The position numbers were made by a program, and so were the translations under genes. Below, one piece after another: positions 14,019-27,305 of a stretch of 64,000 bases of DNA. Under the pieces are notes generated by a model. That model saw only the letters and a list, made by a program, of their open reading frames with translations. It was not told where the DNA came from and made no database searches. The first letter of the stretch is position 1; every line of letters begins with the position of its first letter. This DNA comes from Eledone cirrhosa (lineage: Eukaryota): contig OZ024745.1 in the NCBI GenBank assembly GCA_964016885.1, forward strand, positions 26,970,001 through 27,034,000, given 5' to 3'.

Positions 14019-14024
<6 letters not shown>
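13634..14024. mobile_element. Two-ended PLE-type insertion (family Y) with HHR at 13911-13977
   Basis: Left end matches the 53103 distal terminus; right arm TATTTTAT-gTGATGA..GAAA-tatgta-TA-ATAAAATA (core C>G). Confidence 0.7.
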
Positions 14025-14086
<62 letters not shown>

Positions 14087-14088
<2 letters not shown>

Positions 14089-14272
14089 AAAATGTTGGAG
14101 GTTAAAATAAATCCCGGAAAACAATAAAACATTAAAAGGAAAACAGAGTCATGATATAAGTTAAAACAATGAAATAAAAAATCAAGTCATTAGAAATATA
14201 CTTCACTGCTTTACGATCGTAAAGCAGTGAAGTATATTTCTAATGACTTGATTTTTTATTTCATTGCTTTAA

Positions 14273-14279
<7 letters not shown>
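14087..14279 (-). mobile_element. Miniature hairpin element (family T)
   Basis: Palindrome 14154-14279 centred on TTACGATCGTAA plus a ~65-nt tail; relative at 46075-46150. Confidence 0.85.
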
Positions 14280-14335
<56 letters not shown>

Positions 14336-14336
<1 letters not shown>

Positions 14337-14833
14337 CCGTATTACCCGCGCCTTGCTGCGTTTCACACATTTTTTTTGTAAGAAAATGATGATTGATGAT
14401 TGATTTTAAATCAGTGATATAATTTATGGAGAAAAACTCTGCATTTCAATATTACTCAATGTAGAATGTAATGCATGAACAATTGGAAAACATTTTTTGT
14501 AATATATCAAATCAAAATTACATTATTAAATCTGATTCTTATTTTGTTTCTTGTAAATAATTTTTTTCAAAATATCATTTCAAAACTTCTGTGACTTGTC
14601 ATTTACCTATGGTTTAAATTTCATATAAATAGAAGGGAAAACATTTTCAGCGGGGTTTTAAGCGGGGATTTTGTCCCCCCGGGGAACCCTTTGATTAAAA
14701 TGAAATATACTTATCCAAGTATCCTGTGTAATGTAGTTTCAGAATATATATATGGTTATGGGGGTCTATCTCCAAAACCATAGGAGGAGTTGGTGAACAA
14801 ACAAACAAACAAACAAACAGACAGGAATACAAC

Positions 14834-14836
<3 letters not shown>
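14336..14836 (-). mobile_element. Helitron/DINE-like non-autonomous element
   Basis: Terminal GC hairpin (cgcagcaaggcgcgg), (CAAA)n tract near the other end, inside (TA)n. Confidence 0.55.
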
Positions 14837-14901
<65 letters not shown>

Positions 14902-14905
<4 letters not shown>

Positions 14906-16805
14906 AACAAAAGATGGTTAAAAGAGTTCCATGTATTTTATTATGCGCATTTCAAAAACAAATATCATCATGCAATAATATTTGTGTTTTCATCAGATAA
15001 AACATGAAGACATGATATGAAGGTTAAAAAACACTTGTGGATAGTTCAGTTTTAAATCAACATATGAGAAGTAGTTTTAGATTGATGTGTGATATTGGGA
15101 AAAATATTTTATTTAGAGGGGGGGGTTGGAAAGGATGAAAAAGAGGAGGAGATGAGAGTAAAAAGTGGAGAGGGAGAAGTATAATGAGGAAGGATGAGAT
15201 AGGAGGAGAGATGGGTGATAGAGAGAGAGAGATAGCTTTTATAACTGAGAAAGATATATTGTTTTACATAGAGAGGTTGAAAACCGTTGGAAGGTAATGT
15301 ATAAATTAAAAGAATTTGAAAATTAACGAAGAGAAAAATAATGTAAAGTTAAGGTTTGTATATTGAGGGGTTTGATAATATGTGCGATGAAAAAGAAAAT
15401 GTTAATATGTATTGAGAATAACATTTAAGGGTTTAATAATATGTGCGATGTTAAGAGAATGTTGATATGTATTATTAAAAGGAACAACAGGTTATTTAAG
15501 TAAGGAAATATTGTGAGATGAGCATGAATGAGTTAGATGAAAGGGAGAAAAGAATAATGAATTGAGGATGAATAATCTAACGTCAAAAAAATGTATATGT
15601 TTACGAAGGATTTTTACAAGGTGATATAGAGTAAGAATGTATTGTATTATGTAATAATTGATTCTATGTTAGGCAAGAGTGAGAAAAGGTACAGATTAGG
15701 GGTTAGACATTAAAAGAAGAAGAGAAGGGGAAGTGATAAATAGGAGCGATGTAGAATGAGTAACAAGTATTATAGAATGTATAATAACCTTTGAAATAAG
15801 GTAGAAAGATGGGTATATTTTTAAAAGAAGTGTATATATGTGCCTTTGAGAAAAAGATTCTAAATTGATAAAGAATTGAATATTAGCTGTATACTTTGTG
15901 AAATGTTTTATGGACTTTATGCAAGCAGATAGAAAACAAGTCAGTGCGTCTATATATTATAGAATCTAAATTAGAAATAATGGTAAATTTTTCATTTAGA
16001 CAGAAATTGCAAATTTTGGATAGAGAACTAGAAGACGCAGAAGAAACCTTCTTCCAAAAGATGCTATATTTTAATATTTAACTCATTCATGCTCATCTCA
16101 CAATATTTTCTTAAAATAACCTGTTGTTCCTTTTAATAATACATATCAACATTCTCTTAACATCGCACATATTATTAAACCCTTAAATATTATTCTCAAT
16201 ACATATTAACATTTTCTTTTTCATCGCACATATTATCAAACCCCTCAATATACAAACCTTAACTTTACATTATTTTTCTCTTCGTTAATTTTCAAATTCT
16301 TTTAATTTATACATTACCTTCCAACGGTTTTCAACCTCTCTATGTAAAACAATATATCTTTCTCAGTTATAAAAGCTATCTCTCTCTCTCTATCACCCAT
16401 CTCTCCTCCTATCTCATCCTTCCTCATTATACTCCTCCCTCTCCACTTTTTACTCTCATCTCCTCCTCTTTTTCATCCTTTCCAACCCCCCCCCCCTCTA
16501 AATAAAATATTTTTCCCAATATCACACATCAATCTAAAACTATTTCTCATGTGTTGATTTAAAACTGAACTATCCACAAATGTTTTTTAACCTTCATATC
16601 ATGTCTTCCTGTTTTATCTGATGAAAACACAAATATTATTGCATGATGATATTTGTTTTTGAAATGCGCATAATAAAATACATGGAACTCTTTTAACCAT
16701 CTTTTGTTCTTATATATATTATGTATACTCCAGTCCTACAAACTGTAGAGTGCTTCTTATCCGATATCTGCATTGCTTTATTGTACTACAATAAAACTCA
16801 CCTCC

Positions 16806-16810
<5 letters not shown>
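14902..16810. mobile_element. Fold-back insertion of the Penelope-like family P 3' region
   Basis: Minus arm 14902-16080 includes the GIY-YIG C-terminus homologous to 44550-44744; plus arm 16079-16810 has the tail; HHRs at 14936-15002(-) and 16612-16678(+). Confidence 0.9.
16612..16678 (+). ncRNA. Type I hammerhead ribozyme (family P)
   Basis: TTTTAT-CTGATGA-long stem II-GAAA-TGCGCA-TA-ATAAAA with palindromic stem III. Confidence 0.9.
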
Positions 16811-16863
<53 letters not shown>

Positions 16864-16869
16864 TTGTAA

Positions 16870-17237
16870 TGACTTAATTGGGACTGGTACTTTGTTTTTA
16901 TCGACCTCGTAAGGATGAATGTCAAAGCTAAGCTCGGCGTGACTTGAGCTCAGAACGTAAAGGGTTGTAATTCTATGCCACACAACATGTTATCCAATAC
17001 TCTACTGATACTGCAAATCCTCCGCCGCCCTTACCATTGAAGCAAATAATTGTTTCTACTTTTGGCACAAGGCCAGCAATTACCCAGTAAATTACTGGTG
17101 CTTTATTTTATCGACCCCGTAAGGATGAAAGGCAAAGTTAACCTCGGCGGGATTTGAACTCAGATCATAAAGGGGCGTAACACTTTACTGCAAAGCATGG
17201 CGTCCGACCCTCTACCGATACTGCCAATCCCCCGCCC
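16870..17237 (-). mobile_element. Two tandem tRNA-SINE family 1 copies (16870-17030 and 17046-17237)
   Basis: Consensus match; aagcaaataat flanks the second copy (TSD). Confidence 0.88.
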
Positions 17238-17614
17238 TAAGAAGCAAATAATACAAAGCATTTTCCCGAAAGCTACTTCGATTCTACAAAATGTTGACAG
17301 GTTAAAGTCACAAAACCTGGAGTAGTTTTCCTTTGCAAATAAAACAAACAACAAACAATGTCATTGAATTTACAGACTATGGAAATAGAATTGGGACAAG
17401 AAGTCAAATCATTCTCTCTCTATTATTTCCCTTTGTATTCCTTTATACCTTCCTTTCTTTTCTTCTGGTCTTTTCTAGTTTTACTCAGTTTTTTATTCTT
17501 TTCATGTATTGATTGCGTTTTACTTTATTTTATTTTTAAGGTACTGATTGTTATTTTTGTTATTTTTGTTACTTTTTTTATTTTGCATTCAGCAAATTTA
17601 GTTCATAAAAAGAA

Positions 17615-17719
17615 ATAATTGTTTCTACTTTTGGCACAAGGCCAGCAAATACCAAGTACATTACTGGTACTTTATTTTATCGACCCCGTAAGGATTAAAG
17701 GCAAAGTTGACCTCGGCGT
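17615..17719 (-). mobile_element. Truncated tRNA-SINE family 1
   Basis: 3' half of the consensus. Confidence 0.85.
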
Positions 17720-17739
17720 AAGCATTAAATAAATATAAT

Positions 17740-19222
17740 GCTTATATGGTTGTTCATATATTGTCAAAGTTCTTTCGTCACACATTCTGTGACCTCTTTA
17801 ATGACTGAGGATTCTTTTCTTTGTTTTTGTGCCTGTCCTTTGTTCTGTCCTACGCCATCTTGTTTTTGTGTGTGTTGTGTGCTTAGTTTGCGCATGCGCC
17901 ACATCCGGGTGTCTGTGTGTGTTTATATTTGTTTATTTATTTGTTTATTTACATGTTACTGGTTGGTTGTTTGTTCTATGTGTGTGTGTGTTTTCATTTT
18001 GTCCTTAGTTGTAAGTTGTGATGTTGCTATTCCATTCATGCTTTCTATTTAATTTTGGTTGGAGTTCATTTATGTTTATTGCCTCTGTAATGTGGCTAAA
18101 CATTGCGTATTTTCTGTGGGTAGATTCTATTTTTATTTCTATGTTCTCTAATTTTGGAATAGAATAGAAAGAACTAGGAATAAGGTTAATAGAATAAACT
18201 CATGGTATGATAGCAATAAATACCAGAGTGTAATCTTCATCAATACAACCCCTAGAGGTGAATTAGCTTACAAATTTAGAAGGGCCCTAGATAAACATAA
18301 ACTCAATATTAAGATAGTAGAAAGACCAGGTACCTCCATAAAAACACTTATTAGCAATTCATATCCTTTTCAAAGACCTCCCTGTATAGATTAGAAATGT
18401 ATAATCTGTAAACCAAGCCCCCATATTAACTGTAAAACTAGAAATGTAGTATATAGCATAAGATGTACTGAAGGACAATGTAGAGATAAGAATATAGTGT
18501 ACATAGGTGAGACAGCTCGTAGTATAGGAGAACGGATAAATGAACACTGGCGAGAGCTTCAAGATAGAAAAGAATCATCTGTACTCCACCAACATGCTAA
18601 AATAGAACGTAAGGGTAAATTGGAGGACATAGAAATAAAAATAGAATCTACACACAGAAAAGACGCAATGTTTAAACAAATCACAGAAGCAATAAACATA
18701 AATGAGCTCCAACCAAAATTAAATAGAAAACATGAATGGAATAGCAACATCACAACTTACAATTAAGGACAAAATGAAAACACACACACACATAGAACAA
18801 ACAAACAACCAGTAATATGTAAATAAACAAATAAATAAACAAATATAAACACACACAGACACCCGGATGTAACACATGCTCAAGCTAAGCACACAACACA
18901 CACAAAAACAAGATGGCGTAGCACAGAACAAAGGAGAGGCACAAAAACAAAGAAAAGAATCCCCAGTCACTGAAGAGGTCACAGAATGTGTGACAAAAGA
19001 ACTTTGACAATATATGAAGAACCGTCCACTTGTGAAACCAACCAACCAACCGGAAATTTATAAATTCTTAAATTTATAAATTTAATTCATAATAAATTGG
19101 AGTGAAAGCAACTGGTGCATGTGTTTCTTATTGGCAACATGACCCTCCCAAAGTATAACAATATCGGTTTCAACACACGTTTTCAGATAAAGAATCTTGC
19201 TAAACAAATTCAGAAACGAAAT
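17740..19222. mobile_element. Fold-back PLE remnant with GIY-YIG endonuclease, related to family U
   Basis: CIICK..INCKTRNVVY..YIGETARSIGERINEH (18360-18766); inverted arm 17740-18153; degenerate HHR at ~18966-19008. Confidence 0.85.
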
Positions 19223-19272
19223 ATATATATATATATTATTTTATTTATATATGTATATAAATATATATATAT

Positions 19273-19369
<97 letters not shown>

Positions 19370-20058
19370 CTTGATTCTTTTTAACATTCAACATACATAT
19401 TATCAGTGTTATTATTCGTATTATTCATACTAGTACTACCACTACTACTAATACTAATATTAATACAACTTCTAATACTAATACTGCTGCTGTTTCTATT
19501 GTTATATTGTTATTTTTATTTGTATTTTGTTCTGTAGTTTCTTACCTCAGCTTGATTGTTCGCTAAGTTTACTGCTCCGGAAATAACTGCGAATAATCCT
19601 AATTTACAGTCAACCATTTTTTCGTTAGAATAGAATTGAATAGATTTAAAGTGTTACACCCAACCAATATTTATGTATGATGGGATTTCATGAGCTTAGT
19701 CAATTGACTGATAAAGATTGGATGTAAGTAGGTTTTATTGTTAAAAAGAAAAAATATAATCTATTCATGATACCCATTTTTCTTCACATATATTATGACA
19801 AACGCGCACGCGCATACAGACGCAACGTAAGCATATGTACGGGGGAAAATACAGTGATATATATATGTATATTTGTATTTGTGCGTGTGTGTTTATATAT
19901 ATATATATGGATATATATGTGTTTATATTACACACACATACACCCGTATATATATATGTATAACCTAAACACCCACACGAATAAGCGTGTTTGAACATGC
20001 AAAAGCTTATACAAAGGTAAATACAATGTACATATAAGTATGTGTGTGCGTGTGCGTG

Positions 20059-20149
<91 letters not shown>

Positions 20150-20183
20150 TAAAATAACAGATTAAATTTTAAGCAAAGAATCG

Positions 20184-20221
<38 letters not shown>

Positions 20222-20225
<4 letters not shown>

Positions 20226-20560
20226 ATCGGAGAAAGCTAATAGCGATACTCCGGCCAAATTCCAACTCACTCAACAAACATTAGGAAATAGCTGAGTATA
20301 TTCCTAATTAAACGTTCGGGTGATAACTAATTGTATTGTATGGAAAATTGGTTGTATCATTTCATATGAGATATATCAAATATATCACTTCCCAGACGAT
20401 TCGTTTCATTATAAGGTTTCTACAAGTTGGGTGAAATTATACCAAATTATGTAGAAGCTTGTATAAGATCAACAGATACTTATTCAAGTGGGCTCTTATA
20501 ATTCTTCAGTGGGTGCCCAATAATATTAATATTGATAACCGAATCAACATCAATATTTAG
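20222..20560 (-). mobile_element. PLE terminus with extended-stem-II HHR (20391-20513)
   Basis: CCCA-CTGAAGA-ATTATAAG..CTTATAAT-GAAA-CGAATCG-TC-TGGG; homolog at 52760-53046(+). Confidence 0.8.
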
Positions 20561-20809
20561 CGATAATCACCATCAGTGCTTGAGGGAGCTGCTAGGTTGT
20601 TAGTCCAGCAGTTCTAAAGAAAATATCACACTGTCCCGAAAATAGGAGTTAGGAGACTACCGCCAAAAACATTACATGCCCAGGTCGTTGAACTCTGAAA
20701 AGAATTCAAGCCACGTGCTAAGAACTCAATTGGATATGAAAAAATAACCATATGTGCGCATCGCTAATGCCACATATAGATATTTTCTCGGGCAATATAT
20801 ATGATATAC

Positions 20810-21213
20810 ATGATGGCTGCAGACTCTGCTAAGAGTACTGCAATTGCTTGTAACAGATCATGAACGAGCAATGCCTGTGCTTTGAAGGTTTCTTAAGTAG
20901 GGAAAGGCCTTGCACTCGACCAATCCCACTTTCTGAGCAGCGTACACACTACCCGAAAAGGAGAACTTGTCAACATCATCGGATGCTTCCGAAGCCACAT
21001 GTTTTTTTCAGAGTTTCCCTCTCTAAGAAAGGTGGGGCCTTTTACTCCCAGGTGGAAATAAAATGGTACTATTTGGATGGGCGTTGACTCTGTTGAGTTC
21101 CTACGCCCTTTGCCTGGTCTTGTATTTCATCCCGCATGGCGTCCAAAGATCATCCTCCTCGCCAAGAAAGCTTGGTGGTGTTTCCGGTTTAGTCGCCGGC
21201 GAGCCGACCATGA
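20810..21213 (-). mobile_element. Dispersed repeat, probably an RTE 5' region; inverted homolog of 23872-24330
   Basis: Clear reverse-complement similarity between the copies; class is inferred. Confidence 0.55.
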
Positions 21214-21265
21214 GACTAGTGGTACTGTGTTACATGTTACCAGTAGCACTCGGGAGCAACCTGAC

Positions 21266-21384
<119 letters not shown>

Positions 21385-22348
21385 GAAAGCTGTTAAAAGA
21401 GCAAAATGCCGCCAATAAAGTGTGTTGGCCTGCAGAAGTGATAGGATGAAAGGAACAAAGGAAAGAAATGGAAGGGACAAGATCACACAAACATCTTTTA
21501 ACGTCTTCAGCTCTCTGACCGACTGTGGTTTTGCACAATTTAACTTATGAGTACCACATAAAATCGCCGCCTCGTGCAACAGAAAAATAGAGATTTCTAT
21601 TGGTGGGATGTTTCCGTGATAAAACGAACAAATTAGATACATAGATATTTTAGACGTATCTAATAACATACCTAAACTCTTCTTTATAATAGACAGAAAC
21701 TTCCCACCAGGACCTATACTTCAACTAATGCTTAATTTTATAATGAATCCATAACAATGTAACTATTTATCATTAGCCTTTAATATTTATATAGATGATA
21801 TGATACATTTGTTTAATTAATAATCTCCACTTGTTTATACCTTAATATAATATATACCTCAATACTATTACTAGTGATGTTTCATTCTATTCATTGCCAT
21901 ACATTTGATAAATTTAAAGGATAAATATGTATTAGATAGGCATATAAACACATATACGTTTAATTATGTATATATGCATCAACTTGTACTTAATCATATC
22001 ATTAAATTCATAACTATTTAATAATCTATCATTAGTCTCCCTGATTTATATATGGTATATGATATAGAAACAATTATTAATACTATATTTTGATTTATTT
22101 GATACAATATATTATCTTATCTCATATAACCTCCTTTAGGTTTGATCTTAATAAATTATGTTTCACTATTTCAATGTAATTTATTAATTTTCTTAAATAT
22201 CTCACACACATATAGGCTTCATTGCCATATATAAGATAAATATTCTTTAGATAAATATATATGATAAACACATAATAATTATTGTTGTCTTCATAACATC
22301 TTTATAACAACTGAAACATTAACATATACGTGTATATACACACACGCG

Positions 22349-22463
<115 letters not shown>

Positions 22464-22519
22464 GAGAGAGAGATAATGTCTCATTCCTGGGTATGTCACT
22501 ATTTATAAAACAAACTTTG

Positions 22520-22580
22520 TATTTTATCTGATGAGAGTGTACCAAAGTTTTGGTACCCTTGAAATATATATAATAGAATA
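22520..22580 (+). ncRNA. Type I hammerhead ribozyme
   Basis: TATTTTAT-CTGATGA-(g)agtgtacca..tggtaccctt-GAAA-TATATA-TA-ATAGAATA; tail ends at (TA)n ~22706. Confidence 0.85.
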
Positions 22581-22735
22581 AATATGGTTTTATAAATATA
22601 GTTTCCATTTATTGATATCATTGATATTATACTCCAGAAAACTTGTCGAGTGCTTCGAATCTGTTATAAATATATTTGTTGAATTAATTAAATATCCCTT
22701 TGCTTATATATATATTTATATATATATATATAAGG

Positions 22736-22808
22736 ATTCCTTCTGGTGAACGATATCAGACGTTTCTGTTAGAATCGTCTAGCTTCGTGAAACCTTGGGT
22801 AATGGAAT
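22736..22808 (+). ncRNA. Degenerate type I hammerhead ribozyme
   Basis: ATTCCtt-CTGgTGA-ACGA..TCGT-GAAA-CC ttg GG-TA-atGGAAT; island between (TA)n tracts. Confidence 0.65.
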
Positions 22809-22830
22809 AATTATGTTGTGTTTTTATTAC

Positions 22831-22921
<91 letters not shown>

Positions 22922-23342
22922 TGTTTTTACGAACTATAATTATAGCTTTGATAAAATTGTATAATTTCCAATTCATTATTGGAAAGTTACTACTCTTCCA
23001 AATAACATTTTAAATATTTTAATACATCTGACACCCTGTCATTTTCACCTGCTATTTAATTAAATAAGTGATATATGTTATCTGTTGTTGTTAAATGATT
23101 TGTATTGATATTGTATTAATCGTTTTGGATTTTAATTAAACTCTGATGATTCCTATAGTTTATGCTAACTAATAGCAAATTGTTAAATAAAATAACTTGC
23201 TGTCGGTGGTACTTTTCTATGAGAAGAAATAACTGTAATTGATTAAATGTCTTGAACTTATAATTTTGGTTTATAAAAGCAGATTATAATAATATGTGAC
23301 TCTGTGTAGTTCGTTGTATAAATATATGTATGTATGTATGTA

Positions 23343-23810
23343 CAAAACCTGTCAAAGGCCAAAGGAGCTCTTAAGAGTCAATGGCCATCCAAAATCACCG
23401 GGAGAGATGACCCCTTAACCTTTGTCAAGGCAGAATTCTAGGAGAATGAAATCTCTGATATAACACCTGCAACCCTGATGGTATCCAATGATGTTAACTT
23501 GTTCTTCTTTTTGGTAAATATCATCTTAGTTGAGAGAGTGGGACTGGCTTTGTGCAGTGCCTTTGCTCACTATAAAAGGTTCACGGCACAGGTATTGCTT
23601 TATATCTGGAGATCTCTCTGCACTTGTCGTCACATGGTAACATGGGCCCAGCACTATGTGTCAATAATTGTCACAAGTGTAGTGTTTGTACCAGAGTTTT
23701 CAAGTCGCTGGCTGGACTAAAAAGTCACTCGTTCAGCGCATCGGTAGGGGTTCTCCTACATGGATATAAAGTAGTGACCGTACTCGAAAACGAGTTGGCA
23801 GCCACCATGT
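23343..23810 (+). mobile_element. RTE-type LINE 3' end with C2H2-like finger and (ATGT)n tail
   Basis: HKCSVCTRVFKSLAGLKSH; (TGTA)n on both sides. Confidence 0.6.
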
Positions 23811-23813
23811 ATG

Positions 23814-23856
<43 letters not shown>

Positions 23857-23871
23857 TGTATGTATGTATGT

Positions 23872-24330
23872 TTCATGGTCGGGTCGTCGGCGACTAAACC
23901 GGCAACCCCACAAAGCTTGCTTAGTGAGGGGGGGGGATGATATTTGGACAAATACAAGACGCAGCAAAGGGTGGAGGAACTCAGTCGAGCCAACGGCCAT
24001 CCAAATAGTACTTTTTTTCACCTGGGAGTGAAAGGCCTCCAGTTTTTGTCACAACACATTTCTAAGAAAGGGAAACTCTGAAAAAAACCCGCGGCTTCGG
24101 AAGCATCCAATGATGTTGACTAATTCTCCTTTTCGGGTAGTGTTATCGATGCTCAGAGAGTGGGATTGGTCGAGTCCAAGGCCTTTCGCCGCTTAAAAAA
24201 TCTTCAAAACACAGGCATTGCTTGTTCAGGATATGTTACAGGTTTGTGTGCCTGGTCGTAGCCTAAAAGTGTACCATTTTCTGTAATCTGACAAGCGATT
24301 GCAATACTCTTAGCAAAGTTTGCAGCCATT
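23872..24330 (+). mobile_element. Dispersed repeat, probably an RTE 5' region
   Basis: Homolog of 20810-21213; starts in (TGTA)n. Confidence 0.55.
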
Positions 24331-24709
24331 ATCTATGTATGTATGTTATCTCTTTCTCTTAATTTCGAGTACATTTTTGACCGGCCACCTTCCTGGTGGC
24401 AACGTTGTAAAAGAAAAGAAATTGTCATCCCTTGAATCGCAAGAGTGTTTTGCAAATTTTGAAGTTGCCAGCTATCGCAGCCATTTGTAGTCTATGGATT
24501 AGGGAGCTGCGCCTTTTGTCCACAAATCCAAGTTCAGTTATACTTTCGGCCAAGCGGGTTGGTATATAACCCGTAGCTCCAATAATGATGGATATGAAGC
24601 TAAAGGTGTATCTTGGATACTAGATCTGCAAACTCCTCATCAATGGTCCGTAGATGCCGTATGTACGTATGTATGTATGTATGTTCTGGTTTTATTATTT
24701 CATGGATTG

Positions 24710-24898
24710 TGGTGGATTGGCAGTATCGGTAGAGGGTAGGACGCCATACTTTGCAGCAAAGAGTTACGGCCCTTGCCATTCTGAGTTCAAATCCCGCCGA
24801 GGTTAACTTTGCCTTTCATCCATACTGGGTCGATAAAATAAAGTACCAGTAATACACTGGGATATTTGCTGGCCTTGTGCCAAAAGTAGAAACAATTA
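24710..24898 (+). mobile_element. Full-length tRNA-derived SINE family 1 with TSD
   Basis: A box TGGCAGTATCGG, B box GAGTTCAAATCC, ttcatggattgt duplicated on both sides. Confidence 0.92.
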
Positions 24899-25269
24899 TT
24901 TCATGGATTGTCACCAATAGAGAGCCGGTTTCTAACATAGACACTGTACTCTTTCATTGGAAGCTAGACAACAACTGGGTGAATACGCGTGTGATTCTGT
25001 ATGTGTAGGTATGGTTGTTATTATGTGTGTGGATCTATGAGTTTATATATGTATGCATTTGATATGTATGTATCTATGTTTGTGCGCGTACGTGTGTGTG
25101 TGCGTGTGTTTGTGTGTGTGTGTGAGCGCGTATGTGTGTATCTGTGTGTGTTTGTATGTGCGTATGTATGTGAGTGTGTGTGTATGTCTGTGAGTGCCTG
25201 TGTGTGTGTGTATGACTATGTGAGTGCCTCTGTGTCTGTATGTGTGCGTCTGTATGTGCGTATGTGTGT

Positions 25270-25560
25270 GTGAAACAGAGAGTTATGTGTCTATATAAGT
25301 GCCTCTGTGTGTGTATGTGTGTGTGTGCGTGAAACAGAGAGTGTGTGTGTCTATATAAGTGCCTCGGTGTGTGTACGTGTGTGTGTGTGCGTGAAACAGA
25401 GAGTGTGTGTGTCTATATAAGTGCCTCTGTGTGTGTACGTGTGTGTGTGTGCGTGAAACAGAGAGTGTGTGTGTCTATATAAGTGCCTCTGTGTGTGTAC
25501 GTGTGTGTGTGTGCGTGAAACAGAGAGTGTGTGTGTCTATATAAGTGCCTCTGTGTGTGT
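25270..25560. repeat. ~60-bp minisatellite, 5 copies
   Basis: gtgaaacagagagtgtgtgtgtctatataagtgcctctgtgtgtgtac... repeated. Confidence 0.92.
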
Positions 25561-25773
25561 ACCCCAATCCACTTCACATATACAAATGTAGCAATATATA
25601 AAGATGAGAAAGGAAACAAAGAAAATATATAAAAATAAAAGTGCTAATATATTCATCACACCTGATCAAATCCTTTTTCTACCATTAAATCTGTTTATGT
25701 GAATAATTATTTAACAAATATCCTGAACAATGTTTGTGTATCTAGATGTACGAGAGTTTCAGTGCTGTCATGG

Positions 25774-25892
<119 letters not shown>

Positions 25893-26317
25893 TCTGTATG
25901 TGTGTGTATGTGTGTGTGTGTCTGTCTGTGTACCTATATGTATATATATGTTTCCGTGCGTGTGTATGTATGAGTCTGTGTGTATATATATATATATATA
26001 TATATGTTTCTTGGTTGTGTCAATATGTGTAACATCACACCAGTGTTGTCATGTTTCTGTTTGTATGTGTCGACGTGTGTATGCATGTGTGTGTGTGTGT
26101 CTGTGTGTGTCTGTGTGTGTCTGTGTGTATGTGTGTCTGTGTGTGTGTCTGTGTGTGTCTGTGTAACTGTGTGTCTGTGTACCTGTGTGTATGTGTGTGT
26201 CTGTGTACATATGTGTAAGTTTGTATGTTCGGGTATGAGTATTGAACTATGTCTTGGTTGTGTTTGTATGCGTCAACGTGTGTATGCATGTGTCTGCGCC
26301 TGTGTGCCTGTATGTGT

Positions 26318-26797
26318 TGACAAAGAAGGGTTTCTCCCTGCATACGAAAGGCCGGTTATATGATGCCTGTGTGAGATGTGCGATGTTGCATGGTAGTGAG
26401 ACATGGGCAGCAACGGCAGAGGATATGCGACAGCTGGAGAGAAATGAACCAAGCATGCTCCATTGGATGTGCAATGTCAATGTGTGTGGACGACCAAGCA
26501 TGGACGAGTTGAGAAAGAAACTGCGTATAAGAGGAATAAGTTGTGGTGTGCGGGAGAGAAGGCTGAGATGGTATGGCCATGTGATGCGCATGGAGGATGA
26601 CCGCTGGGTAAAGATGTGCCAGGAAGTACCAGTGGAGGGAAGACGCAGTAGATGTAGACCACGAAAAACATGGGTGGAGGTGGTGAGAGCAGACCTCAGA
26701 TCGCTGAAACTCACCGAGGAGATGACGAAGGACCGTGACAAGTGGAGAGATGCTGTGCTGAATAGGACCCGTCCAAGCAGGGAAAAGCGGATGTAAA

Positions 26798-26830
<33 letters not shown>
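26318..26830 (+). mobile_element. RTE-clade LINE 3' fragment with (GAT)n tail
   Basis: KGRLYDACVR..LHGSETW..RRLRWYGHVMRM..GRRSRCRPRKTW, stop at 26796, then (GAT)n. Confidence 0.9.
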
Positions 26831-26875
<45 letters not shown>

Positions 26876-26918
26876 CGAAACATAAGTCAATTGCATGAAC
26901 TCATAATCCTTTATTTAC

Positions 26919-26970
26919 AGCTATATATATTTCGATGATAGCCATTGAATGGCTATGACCTCATCAGGTA
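26919..26970 (-). ncRNA. HHR core with disrupted stem I
   Basis: CTGATGA-ggtcATAGCCATTcAATGGCTATcatc-GAAA-TATATA-TA; degenerate relative at ~48369-48410. Confidence 0.65.
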
Positions 26971-27256
26971 GTCATCAGGTAGTTAGTCAGTTCTTAGATA
27001 TGTCAGCTCTGTGTTTTTGGTGTTGATGGTTTCAGAGCCTTGGGACATATATATATATATATATATATATCCCGAATTACTTGATCGTTTTTTTTGGCTA
27101 TGCGAATGATTGTTTAACCATCTGTCTCAGTGTGTTCGGCCCTTAACGTTTGTTATAGCTCTGGTTCATCTGAATCATTGAGCACTTGCCACACATCTCG
27201 GAGGTTGTTTTTCGTTATTTCGTGGGTCGAAATGCGAATCTCGATAATTTATGTTT

Positions 27257-27305
<49 letters not shown>

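Noticed and set aside
21385-22290. Possible decayed PLE endonuclease end upstream of the 22520 HHR
   Set aside because: Only faint peptide resemblance; cannot be supported without alignment.
24710-24790. tRNA gene
   Set aside because: The A/B boxes belong to a SINE head followed by SINE body and TSD.
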